A stretch of 64,000 nucleotides of DNA from Spirochaetaceae bacterium (GTDB lineage Bacteria > Spirochaetota > Spirochaetia > DSM-27196 > SKKC01), in contig RECN01000104.1 of the NCBI GenBank assembly GCA_007694005.1, positions 44,029-108,028 of the forward strand, given 5' to 3'. Made by a program: the position numbers and the translations under genes. This document shows, piece after piece, positions 1-9,186 of the stretch. The notes beneath the pieces are model-generated. The model saw nothing but the letters and a program-made list of their open reading frames with translations. It was not told where the DNA came from and did no database searches. Numbering within the stretch: position 1 is the first letter of the stretch; the number at the start of each line of letters is the position of its first letter.

Positions 1-733
1 CCGACGCAACCCCGAAGCGCTGCAGTTGCGCTTTCATGTCTTCAAGTATGTCACTCGCGGTACGGACATCCTGAGGGCGTAGGAGCACCATGCCGTCAGC
101 ATCCACAAATACGGAGGTCTCCGAAATTTCGTCGAGAACCGACAGGATCTCTTCGAGGTCTGTGACGGCGCGTAGTTCATCCGGGTCGACACTCGACGCA
201 AGGACTCGTACTCGCCCGGATGCCACCTGCACCGATGTCGACTCCTCGCTGCGCGTAACCCGAAAACTGGTACCTTCAGGTTCGACGATGGCGGCGTCGG
301 TCCTTATTCGTACGGTATGACCGGTCGCCTCGGGTCTGCGCCGAACAATCGTCGTGCCCGAGCCGAGCATGACGGTAAGGACCGATTCACCGTTTCGTGT
401 GTGGAGGCGTATCTCAAAATCAGCAGGGCCTTCAACCCGTGCGAGCGCTGCGTCTTCGTACTGAATCTGCGCAACCGCACCGTCGGCGAGCTCAACAACG
501 TCGCCGTCCCGAAATCGTGATCCGACCGTCAACTCCTCCTGGGACGTCTCGCGATACAGGGTTCCGCGTCCGGTCAGCGAACTCAGGAACAGCTCGGCTT
601 CACGGTCCTCCTGAATGACAGTCGGCTGCGGGACCGGATCGTCGACGCCGATACGACACGAAAACAGAGCGAGTACTAGCAGGAGCACGACGGAGAGATA
701 AACGGAACCCGGACCTTTCAGCACACGTTTCAC
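1..733 (-). CDS. FecR-domain lipoprotein, N-terminal part only (C-terminus runs off the left edge of the window)
   Basis: Absent from the ORF track as one piece because it has a GTG start and no in-window stop. My translation of the minus strand from GTG 733 gives VKRVLKGPGSVYLSVVLLLVLALFSC (signal peptide plus lipobox Cys). The frame then stays open to nt 1, with FecR-like sequence (RFRDGDVVELADGAVAQIQYEDAALARVEGPADFEI...GTSFRVTR). AAGG lies about 7 nt upstream of the GTG. Confidence 0.5.
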   Translation of the reverse strand, partial: MKRVLKGPGSVYLSVVLLLVLALFSCRIGVDDPVPQPTVIQEDREAELFLSSLTGRGTLYRETSQEELTVGSRFRDGDVVELADGAVAQIQYEDAALARVEGPADFEIRLHTRNGESVLTVMLGSGTTIVRRRPEATGHTVRIRTDAAIVEPEGTSFRVTRSEESTSVQVASGRVRVLASSVDPDELRAVTDLEEILSVLDEISETSVFVDADGMVLLRPQDVRTASDILEDMKAQLQRFGVAS

Positions 734-805
734 GGTAGACACCTTCAGTACACAATATCCCGTGCAGCGCGGTAATTCTACCGCAGGTTCGGGTGTTCCG
801 TGATA

Positions 806-1978
806 TTACCAGACCATCGCCATAATCGCCACGGCGATCGAGAAACCCGCGACCAATACCCAGGCAGTTCGCGACCAGCGATAGATTCGCGCTGCGTTAT
901 ACGCCGAAAACGGGTATATGGGAAGCAAACCATCTGTCAGCAGAAACCATGCTCCGGCTCTGCGGACCCACCATAACCACGCCAGAGCGTGCGGATCCGA
1001 AAACGTGTTTGTGGCCCAGATCGAAACAAGAGTAGCAGCAGATACGACCGCGAGCCCGGCAACCGCCATTGTTGCAAGAGGCCCCCGTAACTCCCTCGCA
1101 CTCCAGAACGTCTCTTTGGGATACAGCGAGCCGGTTACGGGCATGAGAAAACCGAAGAGTCCGGCTGCCCCGATCGAGAGCAGGAAACCACTTTCCCACA
1201 TATGGTACCGAACCGCGATCCCGCGGTATCGGGCAGCCATCCACATTGCGCCCAGACGCAGCAGCAGCAGACCCGCCACAACCGCCGCGAGTCGGTAGGT
1301 TAAAAGCGGTGACCATTGCGGAGTTTCCAGGAGCCGAAGAAGAAGAAGCATCACAATCGGGATATGCAGGACGAGGGTAGCAAGCAGCTGCAATACCGGG
1401 CGGGTCTGAAGATGGGTCTGCACCCGACCGGAATCGGCAGGGTCTTTCACGAACAGCGCATACCCGGGATCCAGTATGTGCGTTGTATGGCGCATGATTC
1501 TGAGGGCTCCGGAACCGAACACCGAAAACAGAGCGCCGGGGCCCATGGCTCTGAATCCGGCTGCGGCGAAGAGATTCGTCGAGTTGGTGTTGTCACGATC
1601 AATGTTGGCGACTACGCGTGTGCAGCTGTTCCCGTCGAGCGCGTCAAGGGCAGCGTCGCGGAGGCGAGACGCGACACCGAGACCGGAATAGTCAGGGTCA
1701 ACGAAAATCCAGGAAACGATTCCGGTTCTCCCGGTCTTCCGGCTGTCGACGGTTTTGAGAATCACCGCCCCGCACACACGACCGTCGTCGACCGCAACGA
1801 GCGTGTTGGGGGTGAGATGAAACGACATCCGCACAAAGGGAGAGAAGGCCCGGCGCACGATGCTCCGTATCTGAGGAACATCAGCCGGGTCCAATACGCG
1901 TATATCCGGGGGATTCGTGCTGTTGACCATGCTATGAAGGTAGCTGAATCCAGCGTTCGGAGCAACGCCGTCATGCAC
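806..1978 (-). CDS. GNAT-family N-acetyltransferase fused to a C-terminal polytopic membrane domain
   Basis: 390-aa ORF. The N-terminal ~170 aa have a GNAT-like core (VAVDDGRVCGAVIL...GIVSWIFVDPDYSGLGVASRLRDAALD...STNLFAAAGF). The C-terminal ~210 aa form 5-6 hydrophobic helices. The start could also be Met17 (nt 1930). Confidence 0.7.
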   Translation of the reverse strand: MHDGVAPNAGFSYLHSMVNSTNPPDIRVLDPADVPQIRSIVRRAFSPFVRMSFHLTPNTLVAVDDGRVCGAVILKTVDSRKTGRTGIVSWIFVDPDYSGLGVASRLRDAALDALDGNSCTRVVANIDRDNTNSTNLFAAAGFRAMGPGALFSVFGSGALRIMRHTTHILDPGYALFVKDPADSGRVQTHLQTRPVLQLLATLVLHIPIVMLLLLRLLETPQWSPLLTYRLAAVVAGLLLLRLGAMWMAARYRGIAVRYHMWESGFLLSIGAAGLFGFLMPVTGSLYPKETFWSARELRGPLATMAVAGLAVVSAATLVSIWATNTFSDPHALAWLWWVRRAGAWFLLTDGLLPIYPFSAYNAARIYRWSRTAWVLVAGFSIAVAIMAMVW

Positions 1979-1984
1979 GCGCGC

Positions 1985-2683
1985 TCAGAGTGACATGATA
2001 AGGCCAACGACGGCCGGCGCGAGCATACTCGTTGCAATACCGTTCAGGCAGATCGCCAGACTGCCGGCTGCACCTTCGGTCCTCCCGAACTCAAGCGCTC
2101 GCGCGGTACCAATGCCGTGAGATGCGGCCCCTAACGCGTACCCGAAGGCAACCGGGTCGGAAACACCGGTAATTTTGAGCACCGCAGGTCCAATGACGCC
2201 TCCGAGTATGCCGCACATGACCACGAAACTCGCAGCGAGTGACCCGTCGCCCCCGAGTTGCTGCGCAACCGAAATCGCGATTGGAGTCGTGATGCTCTTC
2301 GGAGCCATGCTCATGACGACGAGCTCCGGTGCAGCCATGAGAATAACCGGCAGCACTGCCGAAACCAGCCCCACCAGACTACCGGCTACAACACTTACGA
2401 GCAGTGCCGGTGCCTGACTCCGCATCTGCTGAAAGCGCTCATACAGGGGTAAACCCAACGCGACAACCGACGGACCGAGAAAAAACGAAATAATGTCTCC
2501 CCCTCCCCGGTAGATCTCGTAGTCGACGTCGAACAGCAGCAGCAGAACAATAACGCTGGCGATGGCAACGAGTACCGGATGAAAAAGCGGGAAGCGACTT
2601 TGCGCGTAGAGCCGTTTACCGAAAATAAACGCCCCGAGCGAAACGGTAACCCAGAGAATCGGGTTCTCAAACAGAGCGTTCAT
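1985..2683 (-). CDS. lrgB: LrgB/CidB-family membrane protein
   Basis: 232-aa polytopic ORF with typical LrgB sequence (FENPILWVTVSLGAFIFGKRLY...FHPVLVAIASVIVLLL...SITTPIAISV...GILGGVIGP). Overlaps the upstream lrgA-like gene by 17 nt. Confidence 0.85.
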   Translation of the reverse strand: MNALFENPILWVTVSLGAFIFGKRLYAQSRFPLFHPVLVAIASVIVLLLLFDVDYEIYRGGGDIISFFLGPSVVALGLPLYERFQQMRSQAPALLVSVVAGSLVGLVSAVLPVILMAAPELVVMSMAPKSITTPIAISVAQQLGGDGSLAASFVVMCGILGGVIGPAVLKITGVSDPVAFGYALGAASHGIGTARALEFGRTEGAAGSLAICLNGIATSMLAPAVVGLIMSL

Positions 2684-3020
2684 TTCGCCTCCACGAACCG
2701 AGTATCTGCTGCAGTCCGCCGACGACGATCAGTACGAGTATTGTCGACACGATCACCGCGAGCGAAATTGACAGCCAGTGGGTTCGAATGAGCTGCATGT
2801 GCACCATGATTCCAACCCCCGGTGGAACAAATAGAAAGGCCAGATTGTCGAGCAGCACGTTTGATGCTGTCCGGACGTGTTCAGGTTTCAGGATACCCGT
2901 GGCAAGCGCACCGGTCATGAGAAGCATTCCCGTGACGTTACCCGGTAACGGAAGTCCGATACTGCTCAGAACTTCGCCTGCAAAGAGAAACAGAAAGAGA
3001 TAGAATATGCCACCAAACAT
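2667..3020 (-). CDS. lrgA: LrgA/CidA holin-like membrane protein
   Basis: 117-aa ORF with 4 predicted TM helices and LrgA-like sequence (FLFAGEVLSSIGLPLPGNVTGMLLM...DNLAFLFVPPGVGIM). Sits directly upstream of lrgB. Confidence 0.8.
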   Translation of the reverse strand: MFGGIFYLFLFLFAGEVLSSIGLPLPGNVTGMLLMTGALATGILKPEHVRTASNVLLDNLAFLFVPPGVGIMVHMQLIRTHWLSISLAVIVSTILVLIVVGGLQQILGSWRRNERSV

Positions 3021-3051
3021 AGTGCCAACAGCCTATCGAGGAGGCCACTTC

Positions 3052-3594
3052 ATGAACAGTACGGAGGCGCTTTTGACGCAGCTGAAATCCACCGTTCGCA
3101 CGGGATGGGTCGAGCACGGTGTCGCAAACCCCGAGTCGGTTGCCGAACACAGCCTCGGTACAGCGCTCCTCTGCCTGTGTTACGGCACCGCCGCGGGGGT
3201 CGATGCGCAGCGTGCAGCATCAATGGCGGTGGTACACGATCTGGCCGAAACCGTCACCGGTGACGAACCCTGGCGACCGGACTGCAGCGCGGAGCAAAAA
3301 CACGAAAAGGAAGCCGCTGCCATGGCCTCCATCGCGCAGCAACTATATCCGGCCGGAGCGGACGCAGCCCTCCTCACAGAACTCGTCGACGAGTACACAC
3401 AGGCACGCAGCGCGGAAGCCCTGTTTGTCCGGGACATGAATCTGATCGATATGGCACTGCAGGCAGTCCGCTATAAGGCCTGTGGAAGCGGAGCAGACCT
3501 TTCGGACTTCATCGACAGCAGCCGCCTCCGCCTCGGAACCCTCTTCGGAATCACCCTGTTCCGGCGGTTTTTCGAAGCATCGAAAACAGGTTGA
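3052..3594 (+). CDS. HD-domain phosphohydrolase (YfbR-like 5'-nucleotidase family)
   Basis: ORF 3007-3594. I prefer ATG 3052 because GAGGAGG (3038-3044) lies 7 nt upstream. HD signature residues are present: SVAEHS...(H) and AVVHDLAETVTGD (HD...D). Confidence 0.7.
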   Translation: MNSTEALLTQLKSTVRTGWVEHGVANPESVAEHSLGTALLCLCYGTAAGVDAQRAASMAVVHDLAETVTGDEPWRPDCSAEQKHEKEAAAMASIAQQLYPAGADAALLTELVDEYTQARSAEALFVRDMNLIDMALQAVRYKACGSGADLSDFIDSSRLRLGTLFGITLFRRFFEASKTG

Positions 3595-3619
3595 CCCTTG
3601 TATTACGCACACGTAGCAT
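3591..3619 (+). promoter_or_regulatory. Candidate sigma70-type promoter for the giant carboxylase gene (TTGACC-N17-TAGCAT)
   Basis: TTGACC at 3591-3596, a 17-nt spacer, then TAGCAT at 3614-3619, about 45 nt upstream of the TTG start at 3664. Sequence match only. Confidence 0.3.
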
Positions 3620-3624
3620 ATGGA

Positions 3625-3643
3625 AATCGGTCGCTGACCGATT
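3625..3643. promoter_or_regulatory. Perfect 7-bp inverted repeat AATCGGT-cgctg-ACCGATT between the candidate -10 and the RBS
   Basis: Read directly from the sequence: 3625-3631 is AATCGGT and 3637-3643 is ACCGATT. Followed by the GGAAGGAG RBS (about 3650-3657). Could be an operator or a 5'-UTR hairpin. Confidence 0.3.
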
Positions 3644-3663
3644 AATCCGGGAAGGAGCAGATT

Positions 3664-6600
3664 TTGAACAGACCTACAATGAGCAGGGACGCGCGGATTG
3701 GTATCGTAAACCGCGGCGAACCCGCGATGCGCTTTATCCGAGCAGTAAAAGAATACAACGCCGAACATGGAACAGAACTGAGCACTGTCGCATTCTTCGT
3801 GGCAGAAGAAGGCGAAGCGCTGTTTACGAAGGAAGCGGACTACGCCGTCCCGTTCTCCGACGTCCCGGCGGGGGAGTCGAAAGCGGCGACCCCATATCTG
3901 AATCATGAGCAGCTGCTCGCCGGGCTCCAACAAGCCTCGTGCTCCGCCGTCTGGCCCGGCTGGGGTTTTGTCAGCGAGGACGCGGACTTCGTCGCCCGGG
4001 TCGAAGAAGCAGGCATCGTTTTTCTCGGCCCGGACTCCGGTCCCATGGCTGCACTCGGTGACAAGATACAGGCCAAGGAGCTCGCCGAGCAGAGCAGTGT
4101 ACCCGTATTACCCTGGAGTAATGGCCCGGTGCGCTCCATAGCCGAAGCACAGGCTATGGCGGAACAGATTGGATACCCGTGCATTCTGAAGGCTGCAAAC
4201 GCAGGCGGCGGACGGGGAATACGCTTCGTCATGGAACCGGACGAGCTGCTATCGCAGTTCACGTCGGCCCGGGACGAAACGATTAGAATCACCGGCAACG
4301 ATATACTGTTCATGGAGCGCCTTGTCGTACACGGACGTCATCTCGAGGTTCAGTGCCTCGCAGACACGCACGGTACGGTTGCGACCTTTGGCGTTCGCGA
4401 CTGTTCGGTGCAGCGCAAGAACCAGAAGATTATCGAAGAAACGCCACCACCGAACGTCAGGGACGATCTTGTACCCGAAATGGAAGCCGCAGCAGCACGA
4501 CTTCTCGAGACGGCCGGCTACAGTGGGGCGGGCACGGTTGAGTTTCTCTACGACCTTGACCGTTCCGAGTACTACTTCATGGAGGTGAACACGCGACTTC
4601 AGGTTGAGCATTGTGTTACCGAGGAGTTGTACGGCATAGACCTGGTGAAAGGACAGATCGATGTAGGACTCGGTAACCGCATCACACCCCGCACACAGGA
4701 GCCTGTCGGACACGTCATGGAGGTCCGTCTTAACGCCGAGGACCCGGACCGCGAGTTCACCCCTGCTCCGGGATACGTGTCTACGTTCAAACCTCCTGCC
4801 GGCCCGGGTATTCGCGTTGACTCCGGTGTCGAGCAGGGCTCAACGATTCCGGCGGTATTCGATTCGATGATCGCAAAGATCATCGCAAAGGGACCAACTC
4901 GTCAGGCGGCTATTGCGCGTCTCGAGCGCGCGTTGCGGGAGCTCCGCGTCCGTATTGAGAACGGTACCACCAACCGGAGCTTTCTCCTTGCCCTGCTCGC
5001 AAACGAGCAGGTCCGGGCCGGTGACGTGCACACACGATGTGTTGAACAGATGCTCGCCGAACGACGCGTTGCGACCGGGGGACCCGATGCCCGGTATGCG
5101 GTATTCGCGTGCGCAGTCGAGAACTACTTAAGCGAATGCGAAGAAGATCTTGCGAACTTCAATCAGCAACTCTCAACGGCAGGGAATCCCAGGGATGTCA
5201 GAGGAGGTGAAGGCAAGACATGTTCGCTGAAGTATCGCGACTATCCCTACGATCTGCTCGTCAAATCGGTCGGTGAGAACGAATTTCACATAGAGACCGA
5301 AGGCTCAGTGCACCGCATCACCTACCTCAAACGTGATCACGAGGCCCTGCTGCTCGCCGGTTCCCGACGGCTGAACGTGCAGACGGTCGAGCGCGGTGAC
5401 AGCATACAGTGCGAAATCGACGGGCACCCGTACGTTCTCGAAGTCGAGTCATCCGGCGCGGTGAAGGCACCGTCTCCATCCATTGTCCTGTCGGTACCGA
5501 CCTCGGTCGGCCAGTCGGTCGCCAAAGGTGACGTGATCCTCAGTCTTGAAGCAATGAAGATGGAGATGATCGTAGAAGCTCCCGAATCGGGCGTTATTCG
5601 CGAGATACTCGTGAAGCCCGGGGAGCAGGTTGCAGCCGGACAGGTCCTGATACAGCTTGAAGCCGAAGGCGCTTCAGAAGCGTCCGTTTCAAACGCCGAA
5701 CCGATATTGTTTGACGGACCGACGCTGATCGAAGAGGACGACCGTGTCCTCCGGGAATTTCAGAGCCTGTTCCTCGGCTACGACTACAGCTCCGACGTAT
5801 CGAAAAAAGGCCCGGCGCTTCTCCGCACCTCTGCGTCCGGGTCACCAAGAAACGTCCACGCCGACCGCATCATCGAGGCAATGGAAGCCTTCGTGGCCGT
5901 TGGCGTGCTGTTTGGCGACCGTAAGGGAATGGCGGAAGGCTTTGCCCGACCGGCTTCGTATTCAGAGCTTCTGATTCATTACTACAAACGCCATCTCGAC
6001 CGGGAACGCGGCATGCCTCAGGACTTTCTCGACAGTCTGAACCGTGCCCTGAAGCAATATGTTCGTGACGAGTTCGGTGGTCTCGACAAGGAGCGAAGCA
6101 TACTTCTGCGGATGTTCCGTTCGCACGCGATCCGTGAGGTGAAGCAGCAGGTTCTCCGGGAGGCGCTGTTCGTGCTCGAAGAATCAGGCCTTCCATCCGC
6201 CTCACCGCATAACCCCGGTGATCTGCTCGATGAAATAGCCCTGCTCTGCGGTGTTCAGGCGCGTGCGCTTGCCGACGCGGCGATACACGCGCGCTACCAG
6301 CTGATCGACCGGCAGTTTCTGCAGTCCTTGAAGGAAGAACGCTACGAGCAGATCAGCCGAGCGATAGATCTCATACATCGTGCGGGCGATAGACAGGTTG
6401 TCATAGACGGAATCATGGCCCGCATCATCGACAGCGGCCACAATATCAACGCCGAACTTGTTCGTACAGTCATAGACGAGTCCGGTACGTCACGTGCGGT
6501 CGTAATGGAAATGCTTGCGCGACGCTTCAATCGGGACCGGAACGTCCGGTCAGTTTCGACGCTGCCCTGCGATGTATCCGGTGTCTCGCAGTGTGCTGTC

Positions 6601-9186
6601 GTCGTTTCGGAGGACGGCACGGGAGTGCACACACAACTTGTCGTTGTCGGCACACCTGCTCTCGCCTCGGCGCTTCCGGACGCCGTTGCGTCGTCCGCCT
6701 CCATCATCGCCGAACACCAGCACGGGGGGGACGCGGAAATCCTTATTCAGATCGACGGCCGGGACAAGAGCATTGAGGCCGACAGCGTTTTCGCGTCGCT
6801 CCGTGGTGTGAAGACTGATGCAAGCTGGGTTTCCGTGGGCATCCTCCATTCCGACGGTACCACCTACCGGACCTTCGTGCCCTCTTCCGAGGGGCTGCAG
6901 GAGGATACCCACCGGGGTCCGTTCAATCCCCTGCGCTATCGCGAACTGCGCATTGAGCGTCTGGCAAACTTTACCTACACCGTCGCGTACACGGGTGAGT
7001 TCGTCACCCTCATTGATGCGGTGTGCCGAACTGACAAGAAAGACGAGCGGCTTTTTGCTCTCGTCGAGATACCGAGCTCCCGACTTGAACTCGATGAAAC
7101 GGGGCAGATCAGGCGCATGGTCGCGTTCGAGAACGTGTTCATGGAAGCCGTATACGCAATGCGCGCCGAGCAGGCAAAGCGCGCCCGCCGTCTGCAATGG
7201 AACCGCATTATCGTGCACATGCGCAGCGTCGTTGATGCCCGTCTTGAGGACATTCGTGCGTACGGTGAAGCGCTCAGTACCCGGGCAGCGGATCTCGGCC
7301 TTGAAAAGTTCGTCCTCTACAATCGAAGACTCTCTCATGGTGACCAGAACCCGAAAGAAGTCGAAATGCTCTTCGAAAACATCTCCGGGCGTAGTTTCTC
7401 CCTGCGGGGACGAACACCGTCTCGCGAGATTCTTCAGCCGATTGATGCTTATACCGCAAAGGTTGTACGCGCGCGACAACGGGGAACGGTCTACCCCTAC
7501 GAACTCATTAAACTCATCACCCGCACCGGCATACAAGTCTCGGAATCCTTCCCGAAAGGCGACTTCGAGGAGTTCGATATCACCCTCGACGGTGATGTAA
7601 GCCGACCGGTTTCCGTACGCGGCAGGGCTTTCGGTGACACCAGGGCGAACATCGTATTCGGCATTATCACCTCCTGGCCTGCGGCGGTCCCGGAAGGTAT
7701 TGCACGGGTGCTGATACTTTCAGATACGACGTCGGACATGGGTTCGCTGAGCGAAGCCGAATGCCGCAGAATTAACGCAGCGCTCGATCTCGCCGAAGAG
7801 CGGAAACTCCCTGTCGAGTGGATACCTGTCTCGGCCGGTGCCCGTATCGACATGGACAGCGGAACCGAAAACCTTGACTGGACCGCGGACACGCTCAAGC
7901 GAATTATCCATTTCACCCAGAATGGCGGTGAAATCAACATTATCGTCAGCGGTATCAACGTCGGCGCTCAGAGCTACTGGAATGCGGAAGCGACGATGCT
8001 CATGCATACGCGCGGCCTACTGATTATGACCGAAGACGCATCCATGCTGCTGACCGGTAAGCGGGCACTCGACTTTTCTGGCAGCGTGAGCGCCGAAGAC
8101 AACGTCGGTATCGGTGGTGCGGAACGCATCATGGGACCAAACGGCCAGGCTCAGATCACGGTCCGGGATCTTTTCGGGGCCTACGAGGTCCTGTTCCGTC
8201 ACTACGAACTTTCCTTCGCACAGCCGGGCAAACGCTTTCCGGAACGTCGAAAAACCGACGATCCATCCGATCGCAATGTCGGCCTGACCCCGTATCAGGA
8301 CGCACTCGGGCAGGGTTTTCAGACTATCAAGGACATCTTCTCGCCGACGCTCAATCCGGAACGGAAGAAGCCCTTTGATATGCGGCAGGTGATGTCCGCC
8401 GTGATTGACAGCGACTCGCCCGTTCTTGAGCGCTGGCGTGATATGCGCGACGGAGAAACGGCCGTCGTCTGGGAGTCCCGAGCCGGCGGATACTCCATAG
8501 GCCTCATCGGTATAGAAAGCAGGTCGCTCTCTCGTATCGGAGAGGTACCCCACGACGGCCCCGAGAGCTGGAGTGGCGGTACGCTCTTTCCGATGTCCAG
8601 CAAGAAGGTTGCCCGGGGCTTGAATGCATTTAGTGGGCGCCTGCCCGCGGTAATTCTGGCCAACCTCAGCGGTTTTGACGGCAGCCCGGAGTCACTGCGA
8701 AAACTGCAGCTCGAGTACGGTGCGGAAATCGGGCGCGCCGTCGTCAATTTTGACGGTCCCATCGTGTTTGTCGTCATGGCCCGCTACCACGGCGGCGCAT
8801 ATGTCGTGTTCTCGAAAAAACTGAACCCGCACCTGCACTCAGCCGCACTCGAAGGAGCCTACGCGTCGGTGATCGGCGGAGCGCCGGCAGCAGCAGTCGT
8901 TTTTCCCGGTATCGTTCGAAAGGAAACCTATGATGACGCTCGGGTCAAGGAAGCGTCGACGAAGCTTACCGGGGGTCCCGGTTTCACTCAGAAAGACTTC
9001 GAAAGCGTTTTGCAGACGGTTCAAAGTGAAAAACAGGCGGAACTCGCGACGCGATTCGACCGCATCCACAGCGTCGAGCGAGCCCGCGATGTCGGCAGCA
9101 TCGACAGCATAATCTCGATCTCGGAACTTCGGCCCTATATTATTGGTTCCGTCGAGCACGGAATGGCCGCGTTCCCTGATTCGTAG
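3664..9186 (+). CDS. Single-chain multidomain biotin-dependent acyl/acetyl-CoA carboxylase (biotin carboxylase, BCCP, central region, carboxyltransferase)
   Basis: 1840-aa ORF. The N-terminus is an ATP-grasp biotin carboxylase (IGIVNRGEPAMRFIRAVKE...ILKAANAGGGRGIRFV...FMEVNTRLQVEH). The biotinyl motif is EAMKMEM, with Lys632 at nt 5557-5559. A ~500-aa central region follows. The C-terminal carboxyltransferase resembles eukaryotic ACC CT (LILSDTTSDMGSLSEAECRRINAALDLAEERKLPVEWIPVSAGARI; YHGGAYVVFS). TTG start, 5 nt after GGAAGGAG; an alternative ATG is at 3679. Confidence 0.85.
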   Translation: MNRPTMSRDARIGIVNRGEPAMRFIRAVKEYNAEHGTELSTVAFFVAEEGEALFTKEADYAVPFSDVPAGESKAATPYLNHEQLLAGLQQASCSAVWPGWGFVSEDADFVARVEEAGIVFLGPDSGPMAALGDKIQAKELAEQSSVPVLPWSNGPVRSIAEAQAMAEQIGYPCILKAANAGGGRGIRFVMEPDELLSQFTSARDETIRITGNDILFMERLVVHGRHLEVQCLADTHGTVATFGVRDCSVQRKNQKIIEETPPPNVRDDLVPEMEAAAARLLETAGYSGAGTVEFLYDLDRSEYYFMEVNTRLQVEHCVTEELYGIDLVKGQIDVGLGNRITPRTQEPVGHVMEVRLNAEDPDREFTPAPGYVSTFKPPAGPGIRVDSGVEQGSTIPAVFDSMIAKIIAKGPTRQAAIARLERALRELRVRIENGTTNRSFLLALLANEQVRAGDVHTRCVEQMLAERRVATGGPDARYAVFACAVENYLSECEEDLANFNQQLSTAGNPRDVRGGEGKTCSLKYRDYPYDLLVKSVGENEFHIETEGSVHRITYLKRDHEALLLAGSRRLNVQTVERGDSIQCEIDGHPYVLEVESSGAVKAPSPSIVLSVPTSVGQSVAKGDVILSLEAMKMEMIVEAPESGVIREILVKPGEQVAAGQVLIQLEAEGASEASVSNAEPILFDGPTLIEEDDRVLREFQSLFLGYDYSSDVSKKGPALLRTSASGSPRNVHADRIIEAMEAFVAVGVLFGDRKGMAEGFARPASYSELLIHYYKRHLDRERGMPQDFLDSLNRALKQYVRDEFGGLDKERSILLRMFRSHAIREVKQQVLREALFVLEESGLPSASPHNPGDLLDEIALLCGVQARALADAAIHARYQLIDRQFLQSLKEERYEQISRAIDLIHRAGDRQVVIDGIMARIIDSGHNINAELVRTVIDESGTSRAVVMEMLARRFNRDRNVRSVSTLPCDVSGVSQCAVVVSEDGTGVHTQLVVVGTPALASALPDAVASSASIIAEHQHGGDAEILIQIDGRDKSIEADSVFASLRGVKTDASWVSVGILHSDGTTYRTFVPSSEGLQEDTHRGPFNPLRYRELRIERLANFTYTVAYTGEFVTLIDAVCRTDKKDERLFALVEIPSSRLELDETGQIRRMVAFENVFMEAVYAMRAEQAKRARRLQWNRIIVHMRSVVDARLEDIRAYGEALSTRAADLGLEKFVLYNRRLSHGDQNPKEVEMLFENISGRSFSLRGRTPSREILQPIDAYTAKVVRARQRGTVYPYELIKLITRTGIQVSESFPKGDFEEFDITLDGDVSRPVSVRGRAFGDTRANIVFGIITSWPAAVPEGIARVLILSDTTSDMGSLSEAECRRINAALDLAEERKLPVEWIPVSAGARIDMDSGTENLDWTADTLKRIIHFTQNGGEINIIVSGINVGAQSYWNAEATMLMHTRGLLIMTEDASMLLTGKRALDFSGSVSAEDNVGIGGAERIMGPNGQAQITVRDLFGAYEVLFRHYELSFAQPGKRFPERRKTDDPSDRNVGLTPYQDALGQGFQTIKDIFSPTLNPERKKPFDMRQVMSAVIDSDSPVLERWRDMRDGETAVVWESRAGGYSIGLIGIESRSLSRIGEVPHDGPESWSGGTLFPMSSKKVARGLNAFSGRLPAVILANLSGFDGSPESLRKLQLEYGAEIGRAVVNFDGPIVFVVMARYHGGAYVVFSKKLNPHLHSAALEGAYASVIGGAPAAAVVFPGIVRKETYDDARVKEASTKLTGGPGFTQKDFESVLQTVQSEKQAELATRFDRIHSVERARDVGSIDSIISISELRPYIIGSVEHGMAAFPDS

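Noticed and set aside
768-783. GCGGTA-attc-TACCGC hairpin between the GNAT gene stop and the FecR-lipoprotein start
   Set aside because: The stem is only 6 bp and no T-tract follows on the transcribed (minus) strand. This is too weak to call a terminator or operator.
6550-7536. 328-aa minus-strand ORF inside the carboxylase gene, with many similar 60-260-aa ORFs across 3664-9186
   Set aside because: These are shadow ORFs of a strongly supported 1840-aa gene. Their composition is Arg/Ser/Pro-rich and low in complexity, typical of out-of-frame or antisense translation.
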